Shown: piece after piece, positions 25,454 to 38,969 of the stretch
Layout: every line of letters starts with the position of its first letter
Position numbering within the stretch: the first letter of the stretch is position 1
From: Balanoglossus misakiensis
Lineage: Eukaryota; Animalia; Hemichordata
DNA: 64,000 nt
Direction of reading: 5' to 3'
Assembly (NCBI GenBank): GCA_040954595.2
Contig: CM082591.2
Coordinates: 5,487,009 to 5,551,008, forward strand
Program-made: the position numbers and the translations under genes
Notes under the pieces: generated by a model
Told to the model about the DNA's origin: nothing
What the model saw: the letters and a program-made list of their open reading frames with translations, nothing else
The model's database searches: none

Positions 25454-25940
25454 TCTAATACCTCTAATAATATCGCCACATGCCTCTCCACCCCCCCTCC
25501 CCCCCCCCCCCCCCGTACTGCATAATGCTGCAAGCCACGTCCCGTCCCTCCAATGCTTACAGACCCCAACCACCCCCGTGCTACGGATGGTACAGTCCAA
25601 CCCCATGATGTGGGTAATAATACCTCCCTACACCACACGCCATCCTACCCCCCCCCCCTTTACATATTCTCCAAACCACCCCATGCTGCATATGCCATAA
25701 ACTTGCTCACTCACTCACAATGCTGCAGAACCCTCCTCACGCAAGCAAGCCACAAGCTATTGCCTATCAACATGGTGAAAATGATAATCTCCCAATCCTG
25801 ATAAATATCACGAAAATAAATAGAAAGGTCTGTTTAGTAACGGAGACATTCCAGAACACAGTGCTGTAAAGGAAATATATAAATAATTCAGATGGGAATA
25901 TGTCAGATGCATTAATATAAATGACACCATTAAAGAGTGG

Positions 25941-26144
25941 TACTGTAAAACACTTTATTTTCGCGAGCAATTAATTTTCGCCAAATACGCGAGAGCCAAA
26001 ATAGCGTGAAAATAAAAAGTCGCGTAAATTGTTTTTGAAGATAACGATGCAGTGAATGAAATAAGAGAATTAATACTCGCGAAACAGTGGCCTCTCTCGA
26101 TATCGCGAAAAAATTAACTCGCGAAAATAAAGTGTTTTACGGTA
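25941..26144. mobile_element. MITE family A copy (inverted twin of 275-486)
   Basis: tactgtaaaacactttattttcgcgag ... ctcgcgaaaataaagtgttttacggta. Confidence 0.85.
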
Positions 26145-26651
26145 TTATGCGAGGTATTGGTGGATTTCTTAATGCCTGTGTATTGTCACAGTGTATAAAA
26201 TGCCATCTGCCGCGAGTTCATCATCCTCCATTATAAATTTAATTCCAATCTGCTTTGCTTCATTTGCCTTGTCATTTCCGATGCTTGTCTTACTGGTAAA
26301 ACGCGATTACCGCGGATCATGGTTCTCCGCTGTTGTCATGGAGACATCTTTCCGTAACACGCGCCAAGTGTTGCATGGACAGTGTTGGCAACTTGCAGAA
26401 TGTCTGTGTTTGCTGGTTTGGCTTTTATGAAAAAGATTTTTATAAATAAATTGTCACTTTATAACGGTATGTGCTCAAACTGAAAGCTATGGCAGACTTA
26501 TGGCTATATATCTTCACAGTGCAAACAATCTGGCAGTCAAATTCAGTTGACAAAATTTACAACCCCACCATATCATACAGTAATATCATGCATTGCAATA
26601 ATTTCATACAGCTCATTTGCAACTAATTTTGCTCTCTGAGTAACATATATA

Positions 26652-26744
26652 TTAACCCTTTCACCCCCAGTTCCCTCTATAGAGGTCCAACCTTACCATA
26701 GAAAACAATGCGTTTGGACTGAACCATGGTGGTGGAAGGGTTGA
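26652..26744. mobile_element. MITE family C (about 90 bp, TTAA-flanked, CCCTTTCACC...GGTGAAAGGG termini; piggyBac-type)
   Basis: ttaaccctttcacccccag...accatggtggtggaagggttga. Related copies are at 20495-20585 and 29159-29252, with a fragment near 32003-32027. Confidence 0.7.
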
Positions 26745-28180
26745 AAATGAGATTCGACTCACGAAAATATCTAATAGAAATCATTACTCTATATGGAGTC
26801 TAATCCAGATCACTGCAATATCTACCAAACCACCATTTGCTTTCTACAGATTTAACCCAGGAGATCACGGTATCTTTACATACTAAAAGTACTACCTCAC
26901 TAAACTGCAAGTGTCAATGGTTCTCTCTATAAAGCTTTCCATGCAAACAATAGGACCCAATTGGCTTTCTCAGATACTCGGTCAGAAACACAATTGTCTC
27001 TCCTACCCAAGTCAATCGACTGTTTTTTAAAGATAATTCTAAACCCACCGTTATAAAAATAATATGCAAGTTGATAACAACTGAGTTTCTATTCAAGGAA
27101 AAAAAAACCATGCAAATTATACACATTCTTGCCACTGTATTTTTTATCGAAAAAAAACTTAAACTTTTCTGAAGACTTTTTAGTTGTGTTCAGTGATGTT
27201 GTGGGGTTTAATGTGCCAATCAAACATGGTCTGTACTGTCAGTCTAAAACAATTCAAATATGATCTCTGTATTGTGACAGGTGGGGGGGGGCTTGTATTT
27301 TTGGGGGGGGGGGGGGGTGTTGATTTAGTGATAAGATTGCCAATCTAACTAGCAACCGGTCTTCTCAAATCATGGCTTGACCATTTCGTCTAGTTGTCAG
27401 AATGTAGGGATTTTTTATCTGGGAAAGATGAAATTTATGAAGAATGATTCCCTTTGTGAGTTGAGAATACAGTATGACCACTGTACTGCAGATCGGACAG
27501 CTGCAGGAACATCGAGATGATGAGATTTGAAATCCCTCAAATCATTTATGGCACTGAACGAATCCACACCCCTTAAATTATGATCGGTTTGACAGATTCC
27601 AATACCATTTAACAATAAGAGGGCTAAACCATTCTCGGGGGAGGGGGTGGCTAAATTCTGTGGCAATGCTGTCATTCATTGCCACCTTATATTACCAGTG
27701 ACTGCCGTTACAAGTATTTTAAAATTGAGCAAGTCAACATTTGTAGGTTTCCATTTTTATTTTGTATTCACCGTATTTCCATTTTGTGATTATAAAAGCA
27801 GCATTTCAGATCAAGACTTTTTGATGAACTTTTACAGACATTGGTAACTTTTTTCCAGATTTCTGGCATTGCAGTGTAATTTCATTGAACTGAGCTTTTT
27901 TGTCTTTGGATGTAGGACTTTTTTTGACAGGTTTTTACATCAGGTTGTCCTCTGATGTTGCGAGTCTTGTGATCGACTATGTAGTGTGATTCTATTGTCA
28001 GTTATTGTGTATCCTTTGTCAAAAAACGTGATTATCATATGGCCACTTTGTGATTTTGAAAACTGTCTTTGCTAACCAGGTCTCCTTGAAGTTTGTAAGA
28101 GTGCAAATTTTTGAGACAAGTATTTTATTATTACTTCACGCTGCACTCTTATAGCTGTGTGCCACCTGTACAGGATGTGA

Positions 28181-28257
28181 TGTGCGCCCTCAAGGGTAGA
28201 AGAAATATTTCTTTTGTTTTGCGCCCTCAAGGGTAGAAGGAATATTTCTTTTGTTTT
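28181..28257. repeat. Tandem duplication of a unit of about 37 bp
   Basis: tgcgccctcaagggtagaag(a/g)aatatttcttttgtttt occurs twice. Confidence 0.85.
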
Positions 28258-29158
28258 TCAGAAAATTAACATTGAGCAAATTATGACATTTTCGTGGTAG
28301 GATGTTTGGTTGTCTTTTATCATCCATATATGTGTTCTCCCAAAACCAGATAACCCATTGTACAAAGTACCGTTATTTTTTGTCTATTTTCACGGAAGAG
28401 GGAAAAAATTGAAAACTTCTAAAATTTGGGTGCTACAAGGGCAATAAAAACATATTTGCTGTATAACCCCTCAGACCCTGTCCCTTACCAATAGTATTTT
28501 CTATTGGGTTTTTCTATTCAAAAGAGGGGTGTGCATGCGAGAAAGAATACAATTTTTTTTTATAAAATGCATTATAATATAATCTAGTCCGTAGATTGAA
28601 CTGTATTGATTCCAGTATTCGGAAGCTGAGATTTCTGTGAAACGTATAGTTTTGACCAAAGACCGGCCTTTTCACACTTCCATGTGTAAAATTTAATACA
28701 CACCCTTTATTTTTACTATGTCTATTTTGGCCTCTTTTATGAAAATATAATTTTTTCGCTTAAATGAAATTTGGCCATCTGCAGATCAATGAGAAATTAG
28801 ATTTTTTGAAAGCGTAGCTATTTTTAACTTGATAAAATAAGATTCGTCAATTTTCTTCACAATTGACCATGGCTCTTCTGGGGTATATGTCTACCTGTAG
28901 AGGGCGCTATTGAACACCTTGGAAAACTCAGGGACCCTGTACTAAAGTATTAAAGCAGAAGTTTCTCCCCTATTAAGAAAACATTTTATGGAGTCTTTGA
29001 ACCCTTACAACAGAAACTGTGGAAGATATTTTAATAGTAAACCAAGCAATATTATTGCCTGTCTTGTCTGTATGAATGAAATTTTGCATTTGCTAATCAT
29101 CACTTGGATCTAGCATGCATAGTCAAAAATATTGTCACTTTGGAACATTACCTTGATG

Positions 29159-29252
29159 TTTACCCCTTTCACCCCTAGTTCCCTCTTTAGAAGTCCAACA
29201 TCACCATAGAAAACAATGGATTTGGACTGAACCATGGCGGTGAAAGGGTTAA
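29159..29252. mobile_element. MITE family C copy
   Basis: ccctttcacccctagttccctc...accatggcggtgaaagggttaa. Confidence 0.7.
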
Positions 29253-30619
29253 ACCTTAAATGAGCGAGTGTCCCGTGGTAAACCTCCCCCTCTCGATTTT
29301 GAGGACACAGAATTGTGTGGAGACATCAATTTCACAAAGTAAAATTGTATTTTAGATAAGCATTAAATTGTTAAAAAAATGAAAATCATGTTTGAGTTAT
29401 GTCACTGAAAGTAAAGTGTATGCAAGTATCAAAAGTTTCTTGAGTCTGATCCAAACATGACTTTTTCTTTTCTAAACTAACTAAGAATGGCTTATATGAA
29501 ACTACTAGTGTGATGCAATTCACTAATGTTTGAAAATCCCACAGCCCGGTCTTTAAGTACAGACTCTGTCCCTTTGAAAAAAATATTTTTGGAGACAATT
29601 TATGCAAACCAGTTGGACACATGCAAACACGGTCCACACTTCTTGATTTAACTGCAAATGAATCACTGCAGAATAGACCATTCCGTGAAAAGGGGGTTAA
29701 ATCAAAATAAGGGGTGGGGGAGTTAGTGTTCATATTTACACTTGGTATAGTATTTTACCCCTCTGTACAGCAGTCAGTATATTTTTTCTTTCATCACGAG
29801 AAAATGAACTTCTCCATGCCTTGGGTATCAAATATCTAATATATTGTGTAGTACCAACATTTGTGAGTTCAGAAATACACCCATATCTTTCTGGAGATTT
29901 ACTGTCAGTCCCGTTTTGCTTTTTAAAAAAATCAATACGCAGTAATGTGGAGATTTCCAATCATGCATTGATGTGGTGTTGTCTGTTGCTAATGCAATCA
30001 CCCGCCTTGTGCGTGGTTGCCATTGACAACAGTGCAGGGTATTGTGGGGGATAGGCATATCCTGAGACCAGGTCAGGAATTTTTTTTTCATAATCAAAGG
30101 CATGTAAAATATTGACTGGAAGGGATTGATCATGAACTTGCCAATTTTTTTATCAGAGGTATGTAGGAATGTTAGAATTTGCAGGGACTGGATGTTCTTG
30201 CATGTCTTGAATTGAATTGAAAGGGTATTGTATTTTATTCTTCTTTGACTAGTGTTATGTTGAGCTTATACAGTAAAAACCTGTCTAAACCGAACCCTGT
30301 CTTAGACATCTCTGCAAATCGAACAATTTCTTCAGTTCCTTTGGTGTTCGGTTTAGACAGGTCTTACTTGCATCGAGCTGAAACTTTGAGTGTTCTGAAT
30401 TAAGAGTAAGACAGGTCAGAAGTAAAATCTTCCCTTCTTATCTTCTCAAATTGTGATACATCACAATTGGCTTTAAATGACCTTTGAACTTTGAACTGTA
30501 TTGAAAGAACACTTTCTAAAAGTTAAAGTGTTGCAATTACATGCAACATGTAACCAATTTTATCACAGAAAGTTGCCAGTACCATAAAAGATGAAAAATG
30601 GCAACAGCCTATTCATGCG

Positions 30620-30722
30620 CATGCCCATATATGGGTTACACATGCCCATAAATGGATATATGCCGACCTCGTGCATGCCCATATATGGGAAGGTAACCAT
30701 TTTTGCCCATGCCCATATATGG
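30620..30722. repeat. Cluster of four palindromic TGCCCATA(TA/AA)TGG motifs
   Basis: atgcccatatatggg, atgcccataaatgg, atgcccatatatggg, atgcccatatatgg. Confidence 0.7.
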
Positions 30723-32222
30723 AATTGTAGTTGTTTGCTCGTATCAGAGACGCCAAATTGAAGAATTGCCAGTCCCTGTATTGTAGTTGTAGTTGAATAT
30801 AAAGTGTTTACATATTTTTGGAGAGATTGCACTGAACTGTGTATTTTTTTGTCAAATTTCTTGGACATTGATACAATTTAAAGATACACACACAGCACTT
30901 TTGAATTTGTAGGTGTTTTTCAAAGAAAAACAAATGAACTGGAAAGTGTCTCTTTTTTACGACTGAATTGTCCTTTACATAGTGTTTTGTCATTTCCGTG
31001 TTTGTCTGTGCGTTGATCCATTTTGCAGTACCGATGAAAGATTTTCTTCTTCTTTTTTTATCAAATGATTGCTAAAGTGTTGTGAATAGCCGTCATTTTG
31101 TTTTTGCTATAAACTGAGCTGGAATTCTTGATCGATGAAACGTTTTGGGATAGTCGTTGGGCGATGTGCAGTTATTTGGAGGAGGGTGTACCTTCACAGG
31201 ATAAACCATTCTTGCATCTGTGGTACGCTTGTTTGAAGAGTGAACTGACCAATCAAATGTGACCTTACGAAAGCACTGCACACTGCCCGGAAGTTAGAAT
31301 CATGCCACTGTATTGGTTGTGGAAATTTAGCTCTGCTACTGAAGCAAGGTTGTGAGAGGTACATGATATACTCACACTGGTTGTCAATACACGAATCTGG
31401 CAAACACACTACTGTACTTTAAGCATACAAGAAGTGTGGTATTAGAACTATGGGTCTGTTATCATAATGTGCAGGTATCCAACAAACTGGTTATTCTTAG
31501 GTGTGTACTACAGTGGTTCGAACTGTATTTGCCCGACCACCATCAGCATCGTTAAAATAATTTGGTGTACATCCAGTGGAACAGTCATAGAGAATTTGCC
31601 CAAAATGTTTCACCTTCTTAAATGTGCGCAATTTGGGCAGCATAAGGTCAGGGGTCAAAGTGCAGAGATCAAAGAAACGTATAATCTCATCTGTATGCAA
31701 TTCCAGATAGTGTTTTGTGGGTATTCTCTATATTTGAAGAAAAAAAATCAAGAACCTTTTTTAAGTGTAATCCTTTTAGTTTGCAGGCATAAATATGCAT
31801 AGCTGTTTCAGTTTATATATGTTAGCTGTCTATTTTTTCATACGGGTATTTTTTCACTGTAGACCTAGACATGGTGTTCATAGGTCGGCATGTTTAGATT
31901 TAGTAATGTCTTCATCAATGTTAAATTTCGTACAAACCTTTAAAAAAAACCTGAAGTCAAATAAAACATGAATAATGATGAACTGTGGTGTTGATGTCAT
32001 GTCTGAACCATGGTGGTGCAAGGGTTGAAAGTACCATAAACTGGTAATGCCAAAATTTATTGATGTGAGATAGTGTGATCATTCAATAAAGCACCTTTGT
32101 CATATACAAAAGCCTGTGGAAAAGCTGCCAGGTAAAACCAAGTCTGGCGAAGCATGCATTGTCATAAAAAAAAGTAAAAAATGTTCACGTAACCAGAACA
32201 AAGCCAGGTCTTTCACATCTAT

Positions 32223-35200
32223 TTAGAACTCTGTTTCATCGTCACACACGTTCTTCCGGATAGCATCTTGTCGATGTGGGATGCTGTACAATTTGGTGTT
32301 GTTTCTCTTCCAACCAGAAGGCCTACAGGAAAAATATATTGAGGGAAAGCTTTTTATTCATTCCCCTGGGAATGCGACCTCAAATTTGTTGAATTCACAT
32401 TAGAAAGTATTAATTCACTGTCGCCTGGCACGTTGTAGTCCCTGTCCATGTATTACACATTGTGTCATTGGATCATATTCCTTGCGCGTTAGTTAAAGAA
32501 CATTTATCATCCAATCAGCATTCGTGTCATGTAACACTTTCTGATTTGAAAGAGGTTGAATCGATTTATCCCAGTCAACCCACACTCCCAGCGGCCAGGA
32601 GTGAGGGAAAAGGCTATCATACGTTCTTTGTTTTTACGAAATCAATGCACTCTTTTCATAAGGCCAGCGCCCTCAAGCAGCCATCATGAATTTGAACTCC
32701 AAACGGGACCAATTCATGAGTTCAAATTCATGATGTCTGTGTGAGGGCGCTAGACTTATGGAAAGGGTGAGCAAATGTATTGGTGCTGATGTCTGGAACG
32801 TGCATAACAGGGTGTATAGCAAATAACTAGACTTTTTTTTCCGGAAACCAACCTGAGAAACCTGGCCAGCAAAATAGGATCGACAGTCTTCAGTTTTTCT
32901 CCGGGAACAAGGATGCGAACAACTTCACTAGCTAGGATACCGATCACAACTGTCGCAATGGTTCCATAACAACCATACATCAAATAAGATACCTTGGTAA
33001 CAAAGGAAAGGTGACAGATGTTACGTGTAAACACTGTATGAAATAATCTGTAAATTAAAATTTAAATCAGCAAAGTTTCTAATACACTTTTGCTGATACT
33101 TTAGCAAAAGGCCAGGCTAATCAAACATTGTTCGATCAGGTGGAACATTCGTAAGATTGTAGTAGAAATACAGGCTATCTGTCGCATATTACATTGATTT
33201 CGTGCATATGGGAATTATGGATGGGCCTATACTCACGCGGTATAGGCTAAGAGCCTCTGTACTGCCCCCAGTTGCATAAGCTCCGAATGTTATCCAGGCT
33301 GCAAATCCAAACCCTACAATCGTACCACACATCATACCCCTGTAAAAAGGTCCCATGTGAACTGTTTAAAGGGTGGAGATCGTCCCATCTGCGGCTGCGC
33401 GTACATGTCAGGTAGTTGACATAGCACTTCAAACTAGGCAGTGTATATTGTTACAATGTTCATCATTGCAAACAATGTTGTTCATACAACTTGCAGAAGA
33501 TGTGTCGTTCGTTACTTTTTATCACATTGTGAAGTATTTGAAATAAACATGGAGGGTAATTTGTTGACTGGGTCTCCCTGAACAATGGGAACACGTTCGT
33601 CAATAGAATCGGAATTTAGGTTTTCTTCACATTAGAAATCTCAAAAGCCAAACTCACATTCCATTTGCTCGCTTGTACATCATCCCGACACCGAAAGTGC
33701 CCAAGACGGGACCACCGGTCACTCCCACAATGCTCACGCCAAGCACAAGCAGACTGCCCAATGTACTCGCTAGAAACGCCAATCCAATACTGGACACTCC
33801 GTAAACACAAGCTGTAACATGCAGGGCAGACATAATGCAAACAATATCGAATTTTCATCGCCGTTTGCTACAATGAAAACGGTTTGATCGGCACCAAAGG
33901 AATGTACTGACCACCAATAATTTTGTTGTCAGCATGCTCAAACCATATGTAGGGATCATAATATCTCATTTTGATGTATATGAGTATCCAATCTAATATC
34001 ATACGGGTACAATGTATACAATGCTGTGCTCAAACACCTCGGTCTTCTAATTGCAGAAGGCTTTCAACAGTCACTGAAAGCAATAAGCTATTGAGAAATG
34101 AAGGCAAAATAAATAAAATGAAATATTGACCCGTTAGCATAAAATCATGTAATTATCCACCACGAATAGGAGTTAACGACACTTACTACATATTTTAGAA
34201 ATGAGGGTGTCGCGTTCATCGTTTTCGTATTTTGATTTTCTCGTCCTCCTTGTTCTCCATGAACGATATGGCTTGATAAAATCTTCTAAGGTGATAGCTG
34301 TCATCGCGTTTAGGGATGACGACACCGAACTTAAGAAGGAAATAAGCATATACGTATGCAAATTTACCGACAATTCATACCATGGCAAACCGAGATCTAG
34401 CCAATCACATATTTTCAGTAGATGTCAAACGCGTAAAAAGAGCGCCACTATATGTTCTTTGGAACACTCAGATTACGCCATTTTAGCCGTATACAGAAAC
34501 ATATAAATTGGAGGTGACCATGACGGGCAGTCAATCTTTTGACCCCCACCCCCCCCCCCACCCCTACAGGATATCAAATGGTCCACCCCTAACTTAGACA
34601 ATATTTTCATGAGTAATCGCTTACCTGAGCGCTCCCGCAAACAAACACGCGATGAATAAACCTTGCATGCCGGGAATGTTGCCAAGCTGGGAACTGACAA
34701 AGTAGACGAGGATCTGGAAATGCAAGGGCCGAGTCGAGTTACACGCTGTTACAATATTCAATACATCATTCAGTATTATGAATTGTGTTGCGGTTCGCTG
34801 TCTGAAACAAGTTGGACGAAAATTGGTATTTGCATATTGATTTACACAGCACTATAGGGCAGACGTAAAGTATAAAACGTAACTCATGCCTGATGGATAA
34901 GATAAACTGTATTTGCACTACAATGAACCGGAAATTGGCAAGACGTGGCGTCAACTGTTTCAATTTTGGTCAAAGATAAACTTCATTTGTACTACAATGT
35001 AACCGAAATTGCATTTGGCGAGGCGCGGCGCCATCTGGTTCAATGACTTGTTACTTGTTGGTCACTTCGCAGCTGGCTTCTTTTAGCGTCTTTCAAGCAG
35101 CGAATCACAACACATTGTATGGTTTGGCCATGCACAACAGATATTGGAACCAAGGGCTGTAAAGGGTAATTTGCATATAGTAACTGCTTGTGTCAGTAGA

Positions 35201-38200
35201 CAGTAAGAATGGGTCATTGTTTTTTGAGCATATACAACACAACACGATACAGCAGATTACGACAAATTTACAATCAATATTCAACGTATTTCACCAAAAG
35301 ATACGACCTGATCGGCTGAGCTGTAGTTTGGTTCATAACGTCCAGCGGTTTCAACTGACGGTAGCATATTTTCAGGGTCTGTTTAAAAGATAACCGAAGC
35401 TTCAAACGTCAGGACGATAAACAAGTAGAGTATTGCCATATGAATACACAGACATAGATATAACAGCAGGGCAGTAACGCTTCACTTCAACTTACACCCG
35501 AGTATTGATTTACACACATACATTTGTAGAGTGTACATATCAGTAAGCATCAGGCCAATGACCGCCTGGACACTATTTCGCACCAACTAATTTTAGGGCT
35601 GGAGTTAGTTTTGCAAATAACCGGGGGGGGGGGGTAGCCTCGAACCCGTTGCACAAGAGGGGGGGGGGCATATTTATAGTGAAGCGTTTTGAACTCGTCT
35701 GACAGTGTATTAATATTTGTTAAATTTGTTTCTTACCTGTCGGAAACGAGGCATTAATTGCAGGCTGTAAATTGGTTAAATCACCTGTAAGGTAAAATAA
35801 ATAATTGATTGACCTAATCCTACTAGTATTTAAAACATTAGCTTGTAAACACGAATAATTAAAGAACTTAATTCGCAGGCTTGCCACATATAAATTTTCA
35901 TGCCCCCTCTATTTGTGCATAGTGAAAGAGCAACTTCAGAGTAAATATTTTAAGAAAATGATAGATTTCAACTTTTTACAAAATCATCAAGTAGGAAAGT
36001 GACATGTAGATTTACTATTTTCAGGATATTTCCATTACATCACAAAGTAGTTCCTTTCATGTTATATGGAGGAGAGAAACCAGGCAAAAAGATAATGACG
36101 TACTCACCGTTATAAAAGGCAAAAAGGACCATTCCAGTTATATACAAACAAGGTCCAAGGAAAAAGTCGAAGACTATGTTTAGCATAACAGCTCTGTCAG
36201 AAATGAGGGCACAAATACGTGAGACAAGTATGAGCCAACATATCCGAGGAATTTATTGTCATCCCATAAAAATGTCCAGTCACGCGAGATTTTGCAGGAT
36301 CTCGTACGTGGAATTCGGAAAATGGTCTACTAGACCTTGGTCTCTCCCCACAGAGCGTGATTTGCCCTACCATCAATGCTTAAACACACTCTTTTTCAGT
36401 AAAGAAAACTCGGGTTGCCAAAAACCTAATCGACTTACGCCTGTGCATTTTTCAGGGATTTTGTTGTCAGGTATCGCTGTACAGCTGGCTGACTAATATA
36501 AGATGGTGATGACGTGAATGCACCGCCGACGAAGCCGCTAAAGAAAGCTGTCCGCGTTAAGGGGTCTAGATCAAAACTGCAAGAGCAGAAAAACAATATG
36601 GCGGCGAAGCAATCACAACAGTGCTCTATAGGTTACATTTCCAATAGTATTCCACACCCTAAACCCCCCCCCCCCAACAAGTATGATTTCAATTAAAACT
36701 TACATTCCAATATTATTACTGGGTCAAAATATTTTAGAAACGGAAAATCCGTCCTACATGCTCTATTTCTACAAGACATGACAGGGAACACACAATCACT
36801 TGGTCTAATTTGGAAATGACTTCAATTTGAATGTATTGTACCTGAAATGATTCAGTCTTCCATTCTCTTCATTAACCCTATATACGTCGCCCATACCACC
36901 AGCTGCAGCAACGCCCAGGATTATGACAGCCAAAAGGGTTCCGGTTATAACACAAAACTGGAAGACGTCCGTCCATATTACGCCTTTCATTCCACCCTGG
37001 AAAAGGTCAAACGTTGATATTCAGATAATGTTATCCGACGATTATACTACCACAATCAATTAATGTATGTTTTTTTGAATATTTGTTCCCTCCTACTAAA
37101 TGATGGCGACAGTCCCATAAGTTCTGATTGTCTCAGTATGCATTTGTATGCAAATTGGTCTTGCTGTGAATATATCGTTAGTTTTCCTGATAGACTGAGT
37201 TGATAGACAAGTAAGGTACCGCCGACCCAGCAGTGTTAACATCGAGAAACACTTACGATCGTTGTGTAGAGGGTACATAATATCCCCATAATAAGAAGTG
37301 TTTTCCATATTTCAAAATTTTGAACTGCAAAGGTAAACATAATTGCACAATGTTTAGCTATACAATTGGCAGGTACACCAAGGGGAAAGTTATTGTAGAG
37401 CTCTATTTATTTCAATGGTGAATTTGTATGCTCAAACGAAGATATTTTACTGAGGGGTAAACCTTTGAATAACAAAAGACAAATAAGTTATTTGCAATGG
37501 TTTGATTCCTATCTCAGTATTTCTTTCTCGAAAAATAGTCAAAACTGCATTTTGACTACAGTTAGATGAATGTACACGTACACACCTGCTTCAATTGCAA
37601 GCGCTGGTCCAACCAGAACTGCTGCCATGTAGAACAGAGACTGAATCATGAAGATGAGGGCCACTAGGATTCGGAGAGCGAAGTTGAAACGTAGCTCCAT
37701 GTACTGGAAAGGGACATAAAAATATTGCATGTGTATTCAATACAAAACTCCAAGTATTGGAAATAGTGGAGTGACCAATGCCTTTCTCTATACTGCGTGC
37801 TTGCTTGTGAGTAGGACAATCATTGTTTCATCATGCATTTCTGGGGTTGTTTCTGGCTGAAATTTGCCTAAGGCATCCTCGCTGTATTCACAGATATTGT
37901 CCAGTGCCGTGAAACTGGCGGCTCACTCGTCGAGAGAAATCATGAGGTTAATGGTGCATAGTACGAAAATATTTGTAAGGAACGTGTGGTTTATTTTGTG
38001 AAAACAAAATAAAGGTGCTTGGCAGTCATTACCTTGTATGAGCTTACTTCCTGTAGATCTATAAATACAGGCAGGAAGATAAAGGAAACTATTGGTAGGT
38101 ACCATAGTTTGGCCAGGGTTATCGATATAAAACCAGTACCGTTTGCATAGATTTCAGCAGGAATACCAATGATAGATAACGGTGACATGAACGATACCAA

Positions 38201-38969
38201 GATGGACATAGACACCGGTAAGAAATGCATAGTCTTGTCTGCCAACAGGTATCTGGTTTCAGAAAATCAAAATTACAATGAAAACGGTTTGGGCTGCACA
38301 GAATGAATGTACTGTTCGATCAACTCAGAAAACATGAAACACTGCATACGTTTTTCATGACCAAAACTGGAAAGCCACCTGTGGTCTTCACTGTACCCTC
38401 AACAAAACAAACTCAGTTTCTTCCTTGGGTGTTAACACATGTTACAATTGCAACAAGTTATACAATGCGTGTTTCTTATCAACTGAGATTGGCAACAATG
38501 TATACAATCGCTTTGTTTCTTATCAACTGAGATTGGCAACAATGTACGTGAATACAATCGCTTTGTTTTCTTATCAACTGAGATTGGCAACAATGTGTAC
38601 AATCGCTTTCTTTCTTATCAACTGGACTGACAAAAAAATCGATGGTCAGTGCAATCCTTCTGTGTAGCTCAATCTGTTTTCAGTGTATGACATTCACTGC
38701 GCTGTGCATTGGTAGGAAAACCGCCCCCTTCAAAATACAAAGCACGAGAAGTGCAATCAGATCATATCTCAAAGATCCTTGTGACATATTTGCCAATGCA
38801 GCTATTGGGCGTTTCCAAAGAACATCAAGGGACGTACTAACCTTGATGTTGAGTGTTGGCCACCTTTAGCAAAACCATGATAGATGCCAGTGAGGGTTGA
38901 TATTGCGAGCATTCCAGAAAACATCAAGTAGTCCACCACGCTGAACGGTATAGGATCATTCGTCGACAT
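32223..38969 (-). CDS. Sodium-coupled monocarboxylate transporter-like (SLC5A8/SLC5A5/SLC5A12 group), about 586 aa, 15 exons
   Basis: Minus-strand exons joined in frame: 38842-38969 (MSTNDPIPFSVVDYLMF), 38033-38252 (YLLADKTMHFLPVSMSILVSFMSPLSIIGIPAEIY), 37586-37703 (YMELRF), 37257-37324, 36842-36996 (GGMKGVIWTDVFQ), 36439-36576 (SQPAVQRYL), 36108-36193, 35737-35784, 35308-35378, 34625-34713 (PGMQGLFIACLFAGALS), 34187-34329 (SVSSSLNAMTAITLEDF), 33658-33811 (GGPVLGTF), 33237-33339, 32853-32992 (SYLMY), 32223-32322 (stop). These are typical SSS/SLC5 motifs. Confidence 0.9.
32653..32764. repeat. Imperfect inverted repeat (hairpin), about 110 bp, in the last SLC5 intron
   Basis: cataag..agcgccctca..catcatgaatttgaactc pairs with gagttcaaattcatgatg..tgagggcgct..cttatg. 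Confidence 0.75.
38472..38624. repeat. Minisatellite, 44-51 bp unit, about 3.3 copies
   Basis: tttcttatcaactgagattggcaacaatg..tacaatcgcttt is repeated. Confidence 0.9.

Noticed and set aside
24208-32100. A single 8-kb 3' UTR for the nuclear receptor
   Set aside because: No gene was found here and AATAAA occurs near 31960 and 32085, but earlier AATAAA sites also exist. It cannot be decided without transcript data.
38472-38624. CRISPR-like repeat array
   Set aside because: The units are contiguous with no unique spacers, there are no cas genes, and the context is a eukaryotic intron.
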